From the NCBI GenBank assembly GCA_900320965.1, contig ONUG01000002.1, positions 1-59,425 on the forward strand: 59,425 bases of DNA, read 5' to 3'. This document shows positions 48,338 to 56,334 of this stretch, one piece after another (positions within the stretch are counted from its first letter, which is position 1; each line of letters opens with the position of its first letter). The DNA is from an uncultured Bacteroidales bacterium. Lineage in GTDB: Bacteria > Bacteroidota > Bacteroidia > Bacteroidales > UBA932. The position numbers and the translations under genes were made by a program. A model generated the notes under the pieces. That model made no database searches. It was given only the letters and a program-made list of their open reading frames with translations, and was not told where the DNA came from.

Positions 48338-48688
48338 ATGAGCGATTTCACAAGACCGGTTGAGGATCTCGGGCAGAAAACCACCGAGTACATCGACCTT
48401 AGGATTGATGAGCTCAAACTCAAGACGGCCAAAGGTTTATCCTTGACCCTCAGCAAATTGCTGTACATGCTGCTGGTCCTTTTTGTCGTGTCCATCATCA
48501 TGATCTCGATAGCGATCGGTGGCGTGATGTGGATAGGCGAGATGGTGGGCAGCTACGCCGGTGGGGCCGGGATTGTGGCAGGGTTCTTCCTGCTTGTTCT
48601 CGGAGTCCTTATCTTGTTGAGGAAGAAGTTGTTCCGGAACACTTTCGTTCCTTTGTTCATCGACCTTTTCTTTGAGGAGGGCAAATGA
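48338..48688 (+). CDS. Holin-like (YqjE/phage_holin_3_6-type) membrane protein
   Basis: EYIDLRIDELKL plus two TM segments; lies directly after ytxH, a common chromosomal arrangement. Confidence 0.7.
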   Translation: MSDFTRPVEDLGQKTTEYIDLRIDELKLKTAKGLSLTLSKLLYMLLVLFVVSIIMISIAIGGVMWIGEMVGSYAGGAGIVAGFFLLVLGVLILLRKKLFRNTFVPLFIDLFFEEGK

Positions 48689-48930
48689 CAGGCGCCATGA
48701 AGTACAGAGACATAAAGACAATGGACCAGCTTGAGGAAGCCCAAAAGCAGGTCAAGAGACGCATCTCCGACCAGGAAGGAGCGGTGAAACACTCATTCGC
48801 AGACGTGAAAGAGTCTTATTCTCCAGGCAATATGCTTCTGTCAGGTTTGAAATCTGTCTCTTCTTATATTCCTATTGATCAATTACTTCTATCTACCGTT
48901 AGAGTTTTCAAGCGCAAATTGCTCAAATGA
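48685..48930 (+). CDS. Hypothetical protein
   Basis: 81-aa ORF with ATGA overlaps to both neighbours. Confidence 0.65.
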   Translation: MTGAMKYRDIKTMDQLEEAQKQVKRRISDQEGAVKHSFADVKESYSPGNMLLSGLKSVSSYIPIDQLLLSTVRVFKRKLLK

Positions 48931-50747
48931 GAAACCGAGTCGAGGCCATCAGGGACATGATGCGTTCCCGGGGGTGGGACGTTGTTATCCTGACAGGCAA
49001 TGATCCCCACTCGAGTGAATATTCAGCTTCACGATGGCTTCAGGTCGCCTGGGTCTCCGGTTACACCGGGGAGGGTGACCTCGTCATAACGGAGGACCAT
49101 GCCGGTCTTTGGACTGACACTCGTTATTTCATCCAGGCGGAAAGGCAGTTGAGAGGTACCGGGATCGAGCTTCACAAGACAAGGGTCCAGGACCAGGTGC
49201 TTATCCCAGAATGGATCAGGAGGCAATTTGACGGTTTTAGCGAGGTGGTTGTAGCGATTGACGGACTTGGGATGAGCGCCACTGCCGTTGTCGAGCTGAT
49301 GGACGTGATAGGGAGGGAAAGGACGGCTATCGCGAATGTCCCGGACCTGCTCTCTCCATTGTGGGAAGACAGACCTCCCATCCCGCAGAGCCCGATCATC
49401 ACCCTTGGGGCTGAAACTGTCGGATGGTCCCGTCGCCAGAAACTCGTCTGGCTGCGGAAGTGGCTGGGGGACAATGGCTACGAAGCCATTCTCCTGACCG
49501 CTCTCGATGAGATCGCCTGGATGCTTAATGTGCGGGGGCAGGATGTGGCCTACAATCCTGTCGTGATGTCCTACCTTCTCGTCACGGGAGACACCGCCCA
49601 GTGGTTTGTCAGGAAAGGACCTATCCCGAAGGAAGACAAAGAGACAAATGACAGTTTTTACGAGCTGACAGCTGACGGGGTCAACATCCAGGATTATTCC
49701 GACATCGGGATGGCCCTTGCAGGAATGGTCGACGGGGATTACATCAGACGTATGTTCATTGATCCTTCGACGCTGAATTATGATCTTTACGGAATATTGA
49801 AAGAGAACGCTCCCAAGGAGAGCATTGTGACCGGTCGCTCTCCTGTCGCGCTCCGGAAGGCGGTCAAGAACGAAGTGGAGATCGCCGGTCTTCGGGAGGC
49901 TCACCTTGAGGACGGGCTGGCCATGGAGCGTTTCCTTTTCTGGCTGGAGACAATGATCAAGGGAGGGGAACCGGTCAATGAATATGAATGTTCGCTGAAA
50001 CTCCACGAGTTCCGCTCTGAAATCGAGGGTTTCAGAGGCGAGAGTTTCGAGACGATCTCCGCCTACGGTCCTTCCGCGGCCCTTCCCCACTATGTGACTC
50101 CCGAGAGCGGATCGGCTGAGTTATATGCCAACGGACTGTACCTGTGCGACTCCGGCGGACAGTATCTTTTCGGCACCACCGACATCACCCGCACGGTTCC
50201 TCTTGGGCCTTGCTCACAGCTCGAGAAAGAGGACTATACCCTGGTGCTTAAGGGCCATATAGCCTTGTCCAAGATAGTTTTCCCGAAGGGTACGGCCGGA
50301 TGCCAGATCGACGTCCTGGCCAGGGCTCCGCTTTGGAACTCAAAGCGCAACTTCGGCCACGGGACCGGCCACGGCGTGGGCTTTTATCTCAATGTCCACG
50401 AGGGGCCCCAGGACATCCGGCAGAATTTCAACCGCCAGGCTCTCCTGCCCGGAATGGTCACGACCGATGAGCCGGGAATATACCGGGAAGGCCGCCACGG
50501 GGTTCGTCATGAGAACGTGTTGCTTTGCGTTGATGCCGGTGAGAATGATTTCGGAAGATGGCTCCGGTTCGAGCCGTTGACCTTGTGCCATTTCGACACA
50601 TCCGTCATCCTTACAGAGCTTCTTGACGATTCAGAGATCAAGTGGCTCAATGACTACAATGAGCGGGTCTTCCGGACCCTTTCGCCACACCTCTCTTCTG
50701 AGGTATCCCAGTGGCTACGGGAAAAAACTTTGCCGATTAGCAAGTAA
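48927..50747 (+). CDS. Aminopeptidase P family (M24B)
   Basis: DPHSSEY, WTDTRY, DSGGQYLFGTTDITR, HGTGHGVG, VHEGP, DEPGIY, VRHEN. Confidence 0.93.
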   Translation: MRNRVEAIRDMMRSRGWDVVILTGNDPHSSEYSASRWLQVAWVSGYTGEGDLVITEDHAGLWTDTRYFIQAERQLRGTGIELHKTRVQDQVLIPEWIRRQFDGFSEVVVAIDGLGMSATAVVELMDVIGRERTAIANVPDLLSPLWEDRPPIPQSPIITLGAETVGWSRRQKLVWLRKWLGDNGYEAILLTALDEIAWMLNVRGQDVAYNPVVMSYLLVTGDTAQWFVRKGPIPKEDKETNDSFYELTADGVNIQDYSDIGMALAGMVDGDYIRRMFIDPSTLNYDLYGILKENAPKESIVTGRSPVALRKAVKNEVEIAGLREAHLEDGLAMERFLFWLETMIKGGEPVNEYECSLKLHEFRSEIEGFRGESFETISAYGPSAALPHYVTPESGSAELYANGLYLCDSGGQYLFGTTDITRTVPLGPCSQLEKEDYTLVLKGHIALSKIVFPKGTAGCQIDVLARAPLWNSKRNFGHGTGHGVGFYLNVHEGPQDIRQNFNRQALLPGMVTTDEPGIYREGRHGVRHENVLLCVDAGENDFGRWLRFEPLTLCHFDTSVILTELLDDSEIKWLNDYNERVFRTLSPHLSSEVSQWLREKTLPISK

Positions 50748-50762
50748 TTAATATTCAATAAT

Positions 50763-50903
50763 ATGAGATTGTCTAAATTGCTGCCGGCCTTTATAATAGC
50801 ACTGGCATCTTGCTCTGTTGAGTCAAGTAAGGATTCTTCATCCTATCCTGAGTGGGAGTTCGCCAAGATCAAAAGGGAACTCGCCCGCTTTCAAGGACAA
50901 TAA
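50763..50903 (+). other. 46-aa lipoprotein-signal ORF (mini-protein or gene remnant)
   Basis: MRLSKLLPAFIIALASCSVESSKDSSSYPEWEFAKIKRELARFQGQ*; LASC lipobox. Below the ORF-track size cut-off. Confidence 0.45.
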
Positions 50904-51019
50904 TTATTGGCGCGGCCGCATCTGGGGTCCTACTAACTTCTTGGATACATCAATTTGATAGAAAAATGATTTTTTTTGGCCGTATTTTCAATATTCCTGC
51001 GTTAATAAAGTAGAAAGAA

Positions 51020-51583
51020 TTGGATACGGTGTCGAAAATAAGCGAGCAGAGACTGGCTTTTTTGTGTGCTAAAGGAGACAGGGATGCTCAGAGGGAGTTG
51101 TATAGAAGATATGCGACCAGGTTGATTGCGCTCTGCTCCAGATACTCGACCGGACCATCAGAGGGGAAGGATCTTATGCATGACGCGATGATAAAGGCTC
51201 TGCATCAGATCGGGCAATACAATTACAGGGGAGAAGGTTCACTTTTCAGGTGGCTTTGCAGATTGGCGATCAACACATCCATTGACAAATTCAGGAAGGA
51301 AGTGAAGTTTGACTGGAGTGATTCTGACATTGAAACTCTTGAGTGGACCACCCCGTCACCAGAGCAGATAAAGGAAGTTCCTCTTGAGGTGTTGCAGAGG
51401 ATGATTTCCAGCTTACCGGATTCAAAGAGACTGGTATTCAACATGTTCTGTGTTGACGGATTCTCCCATAAGGAGATAGGAGAAAAGCTTGGAATAACAG
51501 AAAAGGCCTCATCTTCTACTTTGGCTAAGGCAAAGAAGATGTTGGTCCGGATGATAAAGGAATACAACGAAACACTCAAGTGA
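51020..51583 (+). CDS. ECF-type RNA polymerase sigma-70 factor
   Basis: GDRDAQRELY, DLMHDAMIK, WLCRLAIN, VFNMFCVDGFSHKEIGEKLGI. Start is TTG 51020 or GTG 51029. Confidence 0.92.
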   Translation: MDTVSKISEQRLAFLCAKGDRDAQRELYRRYATRLIALCSRYSTGPSEGKDLMHDAMIKALHQIGQYNYRGEGSLFRWLCRLAINTSIDKFRKEVKFDWSDSDIETLEWTTPSPEQIKEVPLEVLQRMISSLPDSKRLVFNMFCVDGFSHKEIGEKLGITEKASSSTLAKAKKMLVRMIKEYNETLK

Positions 51584-51590
51584 GATTCTG

Positions 51591-52700
51591 ATGGATAAAT
51601 GGTTGGAGATAATAAGTGAACGGTTGAGGGACGCCCAGTTGCCGTTGCCTCCTGGTGATTGGGAGGTGTTTGAGGCTAAATTAAAGGCTAAGAAACGGCA
51701 CTCTATGTTTGTCCGGTGGGCGGCCGCGGCGGCTTCTCTTGCTGCCGCTGCCGCGGTGGCGGCATTCTTCCTGCCAAAGAAGTCAGTCGAAGAGGTTATA
51801 GAAAAGGTGGTTTCTCCGGTTTCCCCGGTTTCCCCTATTCCGGAAAGGTTAGCCCAAGCATCTGACACTCCTGTAACCCCCGCCCCTGTCATTCTGAGCC
51901 CACATTCCCCTGTCATTCTGAGCCCGCATTCCTCTGTCATTCTGAGCCCATCGGGCGAAGAATCTGCCCCTCCCCCTGTCATTCTGAGCCCATCGGGCGA
52001 AGAATCTCCTCAGGGCGAAGAATCTGTTCCCCAAACAGCCAATAACGCAATAATCGACAACGATTTCCAAGACTATGAGACTTCTAGGGAAACCCATTCC
52101 CGAAGGCGGCTTTCCGTCGCTCCCCATCTCGGAGGGATGCGGAGCGACGCAACCGCTGACATCAACGGTTTTGGTTATTTACCATTTTCTTCTAACTACT
52201 ATTCTGGCATCTATCCATCTTCGGTTATAAGTACAACGAATCACTCGATTCCTCTTTCTTTTGGAGTAGACATAAGTTATCCTTTGACTCAGCGCCTTGC
52301 CATCACCTCCGGCATTGAGGCCGAAGTGTTTAAATCGGAGTTTTCAAGCCGAGTCAATCAGGCGACACTCAGTCAAAAGGCTGTTTATTTGGGAATACCA
52401 TTAAGGCTTGAGTGGAGTTTCTGGCAAGCGGGCCGTTTTTCTTCTTGGATCGGAGCAGGTGGCAAATTAGATCGCTGCATTTATGCCCGATTGGACAAGG
52501 AGGACATTCGCGATAACGCTTTCAACTGGTCGCTAGTCGCCAATGCGGGTCTCCGTTACGGATTGACAGACAATGTTGGTCTGTATGTCGCCCCGCAAAT
52601 AACCTGGTTCCTGAAGCCGGAAGATCCGGCGATTCTTACCTACAGGACCCAGAACCCATTGATGTTCACTGTCAACGCCGGCCTTCGGTTTGATCTTTAA
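51591..52700 (+). CDS. ECF-associated protein: N-terminal anti-sigma-like helix and TM, repeat linker, C-terminal outer-membrane beta-barrel domain
   Basis: MDKWLEIISERL...PPGDWEVFE, Ala-rich TM, Pro-rich repeats, then HSIPLSFG, YLGIPL and terminal AGLRFDL. Confidence 0.75.
   Translation: MDKWLEIISERLRDAQLPLPPGDWEVFEAKLKAKKRHSMFVRWAAAAASLAAAAAVAAFFLPKKSVEEVIEKVVSPVSPVSPIPERLAQASDTPVTPAPVILSPHSPVILSPHSSVILSPSGEESAPPPVILSPSGEESPQGEESVPQTANNAIIDNDFQDYETSRETHSRRRLSVAPHLGGMRSDATADINGFGYLPFSSNYYSGIYPSSVISTTNHSIPLSFGVDISYPLTQRLAITSGIEAEVFKSEFSSRVNQATLSQKAVYLGIPLRLEWSFWQAGRFSSWIGAGGKLDRCIYARLDKEDIRDNAFNWSLVANAGLRYGLTDNVGLYVAPQITWFLKPEDPAILTYRTQNPLMFTVNAGLRFDL
51887..52025 (+). repeat. In-frame tandem REP-derived repeats inside the coding linker
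   Basis: TGTCATTCTGAGCCC at 51887, 51911, 51935 and 51977. The last two extend as ATCGGGCGAAGAATCT, and an extra GGGCGAAGAATCT ends at 52025. The ends are the reverse complement of the intergenic REP ends. Confidence 0.9.
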
Positions 52701-52740
52701 GAGAAAGCTATCTTTAACTATATAAAAACAAATAAACAAC

Positions 52741-54015
52741 ATGAAAACTAATGCGATAATACTATCAATAGCTATGGTTATGGCTTTGGCTTCTTGTAAT
52801 GTACTAGATATCTTTCAGGGGTCTGACAATACCGTGCCGGTCGAAGAACTTATTCCCCGTGAAGATATTACCTTGACAAGGACTGAGGCGGAATATGTCA
52901 AGGCCAATAATTCTTTTGCCCTTGAGCTTTTCAAAAAAGCTTCTTCAAGTGAGGACGGAAAGAGCATGCTTTTGTCTCCGTTAAGTGTCACTTTCGCCCT
53001 TGGTATGGTCAATAACGGGGCTGTTGGACAGACCAAGGAAGAGATCGTCAAAACTCTTGGCTTCGGCGAGGACACCGGATCTATGAATGAGTTCTGCTCG
53101 AAGATGCTCTCTGAGTCAGCCAAGGTCGATCCCTCCACCACGATAGAGATCGCAAACGCCGCGGTTGTGAACAGCATGTTTTCGAAACTGAAGGACAGTT
53201 TCAAAGGGACAGTCGAGAAAAACTATGAGGCGAACATCTGTTACAAGGATTTTTCAAGAGATGATGTGAAAAGCCTCATCAATAAATGGTGCTCGGAGAA
53301 AACACATGGGATGATTCCGGAACTGCTCAAAGATCAGGTTGATGCTTTGGAATATGCCCATTTTCTCAACGCCACTTATTTCAAGGGAATCTGGTCAAGC
53401 CAATTCAAGAAAAGCGACAGCAAAAAAGAGAAATTCTATCTTGAGGACGGTTCGAAAAAAGAGACAAACATGATGCATCAGAAAGCCCGGTTTAATGTCG
53501 GTTATTTGCCGAACGTTGGTCCCGCACTTTGCCTGCCCTATGGCAACCAGGCTTTCCGGATGGTTATTATCCTACCCGAAGAGGGCAAGAAGCTGGACGA
53601 AGTTAAACAATCTCTAGACTTAAATCGTTGGGAAACAATGATTTCTAACATGTCTGGAGTCGAAGTTGATGTCAAGTTGCCGTCTTTTGAAAGCGAATAT
53701 AATACAGATTTAGTCGATGTGCTAAGGGGGATGGGAATTGAGAAGGCTTTCTCTGGGAAAGACGCTGATTTCTCAGAGATGACAGAGACCCAAGTCTCTA
53801 TCAGCAAAGTTATCCACAAAGCCAAAATCAAAGTTGATGAGCAGGGCTCTGAGGCGGCTGCGGTAACGGATGTTGTAATGAGGTATAATGGTATGGGTCC
53901 CGGAGGCCCCGTAGATTTTACCGCGGAGTTCCATGCCGACCGGCCGTTCATCTATGCGATCACGGAGGTCAGCACCGGCGCGATCTTCTTCATCGGCCAG
54001 TACACGGGAAAGTAG
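52741..54015 (+). CDS. Serpin family lipoprotein 1
   Basis: Lipobox LASC; SPLS, INKWCSEKTHGMI, NATYFKGIW, LPY, hinge DEQGSEAAAVT, FHADRPF. Confidence 0.95.
   Translation: MKTNAIILSIAMVMALASCNVLDIFQGSDNTVPVEELIPREDITLTRTEAEYVKANNSFALELFKKASSSEDGKSMLLSPLSVTFALGMVNNGAVGQTKEEIVKTLGFGEDTGSMNEFCSKMLSESAKVDPSTTIEIANAAVVNSMFSKLKDSFKGTVEKNYEANICYKDFSRDDVKSLINKWCSEKTHGMIPELLKDQVDALEYAHFLNATYFKGIWSSQFKKSDSKKEKFYLEDGSKKETNMMHQKARFNVGYLPNVGPALCLPYGNQAFRMVIILPEEGKKLDEVKQSLDLNRWETMISNMSGVEVDVKLPSFESEYNTDLVDVLRGMGIEKAFSGKDADFSEMTETQVSISKVIHKAKIKVDEQGSEAAAVTDVVMRYNGMGPGGPVDFTAEFHADRPFIYAITEVSTGAIFFIGQYTGK
53929..54015 (+). repeat. 87-bp direct repeat, copy 1 (serpin 3' block)
   Basis: 83/87 identical to 55348-55434. 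Confidence 0.95.
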
Positions 54016-54027
54016 CTATCGGCCAAT

Positions 54028-54115
54028 AGATTCTTCACTTCGTTCAGAATGACAGGCCAAAGCAGAATGACAGCCCCTTGTCATTCTGAGGCAGGTAAAA
54101 CCTGCCGAAGAATCT
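54028..54115. repeat. Inverted pair of REP-like elements (REPIN-like hairpin) between the serpins
   Basis: AGATTCTTCACTTCGTTCAGAATGACA (54028-54054), CAGAATGACA (54063-54072), then inverted TGTCATTCTGA-GGCAGG-TAAAA-CCTGCC-GAAGAATCT (54079-54115). Confidence 0.88.
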
Positions 54116-54183
54116 CTTTTTTGGGCAATGGCACTGATGAAAAAACAAAATAGTATTTAACACGCGAAAAAAACATTGTCACC

Positions 54184-55434
54184 ATGTTGAAAATAGTTCA
54201 TAAGTTCGGGCTTATCAGCGTTGTCGCCACTGTCGTGTGCGCTGGCTGTAGCTTATATGATCTTGATGGGGAAAAATCTGATGGAGAATATCAAGATATA
54301 CCCCTAACCAGGACTCAGATGGAATATGCTAAGACGGGAAATAACGCATTTGCACTCAATCTTTTCAAGGAGGTGGCAGAGGATCAGGACATAGTTATAT
54401 CTCCTCTCAGCGCAACTTTTGCCCTAGGTATGATAGATAATGGGGCGACTGGGAACACGAGAGATCAAATAGATAAAGCACTTGGATACGAGGATAGTTC
54501 TCTCGATGGGCTGAACTCTTTTTGTGGTTCCATGATGAAGAACGCCAACAAAGTTGATAGTTTAGCTAATGTGGAATTTGCCAATGCTATTGTTGTCAAC
54601 AACAGGAAAGGAAAGTTGTTGGATGATTATACAAGGGCGGTAGAAAAGAATTATCAGGCGGAATTGTTTAAGTTGGATTTCATCAAAGACGATGTCGCCG
54701 GAAACATCAACATTTGGTGTGGAAAGCATACACATGGGAAAATCTCACAGATGATGACTTCTCAGCCTTCCCCTGACTCATATCTTTACGCATTAAATGT
54801 TTTGTATTTCAAAGCTCCATGGATGAGCAAGTTCAGACATACACAAACAGAGCATTTCACAGATATTGACGGTAGACAAGTGGATGTAAAGATGATGAGT
54901 CAAATAGAGACCTTTAAGTATGCCAGCATTTCCGGGTGTTGCACGGCAGTGAGTCTCCCGTTTGGAAACCAAGCATATAACATGCTGTTTATCATGCCTG
55001 AAGAGGGGAAAACACTCCATGACTTGAAAAAGTCTATTGACTTAAAGATGTGGAACAAAATTGATAAAAGTTTTAAAGAATATAAAGTTGATGTTAAGAT
55101 ACCTTCGTTTGCGATAACTTACGACTCTTCTTTAAAAAATACCCTTCAAAAACTAGGCATTGTTGACGCATTCAATCCATCAGCCGCGGAATTCCGTCTG
55201 ATGACAAAAGAAGAAGCCCCATGGGTAAGTGATGTTAGGCAAAAAGCGAGAATTATTATCGATGAAAATGGAGCCGAAGCTTCAGCTGTGACAATTGTAG
55301 AAATGGGGCTTAGTATCAGTAACGGTCCACAACAAGCCGAAAAGACATTCCATGCCGACCGGCCGTTCATCTATGCGATCACGGAGATCAGTACCGGCGC
55401 GATCTTCTTCATCGGCCAGTACACGGGAAAATAA
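54184..55434 (+). CDS. Serpin family lipoprotein 2
   Basis: Lipobox CAGC; SPLS, INIWCGKHTHGKI, NVLYFKAPW, hinge DENGAEASAVT, FHADRPF. Confidence 0.95.
   Translation: MLKIVHKFGLISVVATVVCAGCSLYDLDGEKSDGEYQDIPLTRTQMEYAKTGNNAFALNLFKEVAEDQDIVISPLSATFALGMIDNGATGNTRDQIDKALGYEDSSLDGLNSFCGSMMKNANKVDSLANVEFANAIVVNNRKGKLLDDYTRAVEKNYQAELFKLDFIKDDVAGNINIWCGKHTHGKISQMMTSQPSPDSYLYALNVLYFKAPWMSKFRHTQTEHFTDIDGRQVDVKMMSQIETFKYASISGCCTAVSLPFGNQAYNMLFIMPEEGKTLHDLKKSIDLKMWNKIDKSFKEYKVDVKIPSFAITYDSSLKNTLQKLGIVDAFNPSAAEFRLMTKEEAPWVSDVRQKARIIIDENGAEASAVTIVEMGLSISNGPQQAEKTFHADRPFIYAITEISTGAIFFIGQYTGK
55348..55434 (+). repeat. 87-bp direct repeat, copy 2 (serpin 3' block)
   Basis: 83/87 identical to 53929-54015. Confidence 0.95.
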
Positions 55435-55446
55435 GCGGACTGTCAA

Positions 55447-56316
55447 TTACTTCCCTTTCGGGATGGGGATCTCGAACTCGGCGTAGATCGGGTAGTGGTC
55501 AGAGATGAATTTCGGACCAAATTTGCCGTCAATAACCTCGTAATCATCAATTTCCGCATTGCGGAACAGGATATGGTCCGGCCAGCGCACCGCTTCGGAA
55601 GCCTTTCCATAGCCATTATAGGACGCTCTCGTGTCGGGCTTCTTCATGGAGAAATTGGCATCCTTGGCATACGAGACAAGGGGAGAGAGGATCCTGTCGG
55701 AGGCGGACATCTTGTAATCTCCTCCGGCGAAAACCACGGCGTCATCCCCGGCTATCTCCTTGATCTTGTCGACCATAAGTTCCGCGCTGCGCCTTCCCGC
55801 GGTCTCTTTAACGGAGAATCTGGTGTTGAAACAGAAGAATATAAGTCCTGATTTCTTGTAGCGCAGCTTTATCCAGGTGGCGTTCCTCACGTTGTCAGCG
55901 TCCCATCCTGGCGTGTCAGCCTCCTGGTTCTCGTTCAGCCAGAAGAAGCCATAGTCCAAAAGCTCGAATTTGTCAGCCCTGAACATGATCGGGTTCTCGT
56001 TGAAACGGATCTCGGGATCAACATTTCCCGGTTTTGAACTCCGGTCAACCAACATGTGCTTTTTGAATTCCTTCATCAGGTCAGCCTTGTGGTAACTGAA
56101 GGCTTCCTGGAGGAAGATGATGTCAGGGTCGTATTTCTTTATGGCCTTGAGACAGCCTTTCTTGCGGGCTTCCCAGCTGAAGTCCCCAGCCTCATCCTTC
56201 TCCATCCCGCGGATGTTGAAGGACATGACGCTGAGATCCTCGCTTTTCGCTTGAGCTGCGGCACTGGAAAAAACCAGTGCCGACAACGCAACGATAAACA
56301 ATAGTAACTTTCTCAT
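55447..56316 (-). CDS. Endonuclease/exonuclease/phosphatase family protein with degenerate catalytic motifs
   Basis: VMSFNIR, FLQEA and SDHYPI are present, but NTR replaces NTH and GDYK replaces GDFN; signal peptide. Confidence 0.8.
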   Translation of the reverse strand: MRKLLLFIVALSALVFSSAAAQAKSEDLSVMSFNIRGMEKDEAGDFSWEARKKGCLKAIKKYDPDIIFLQEAFSYHKADLMKEFKKHMLVDRSSKPGNVDPEIRFNENPIMFRADKFELLDYGFFWLNENQEADTPGWDADNVRNATWIKLRYKKSGLIFFCFNTRFSVKETAGRRSAELMVDKIKEIAGDDAVVFAGGDYKMSASDRILSPLVSYAKDANFSMKKPDTRASYNGYGKASEAVRWPDHILFRNAEIDDYEVIDGKFGPKFISDHYPIYAEFEIPIPKGK

Positions 56317-56334
56317 AACCAACTTGTTCTGATT

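Noticed and set aside
48338-48688. Holin-like gene as evidence of a prophage
   Set aside because: No phage genes nearby; ytxH plus a holin-like gene is a common chromosomal pair.
51887-52025. CRISPR array
   Set aside because: The units are too short and irregular, there are no unique 30-40-bp spacers or cas genes, and the repeats lie inside an ORF.
53929-55434. Diversity-generating retroelement TR/VR pair
   Set aside because: No reverse transcriptase in the window; both copies are coding ends; the four differences (three G/A, one C/T) are transitions at mostly silent sites rather than diversified codons.
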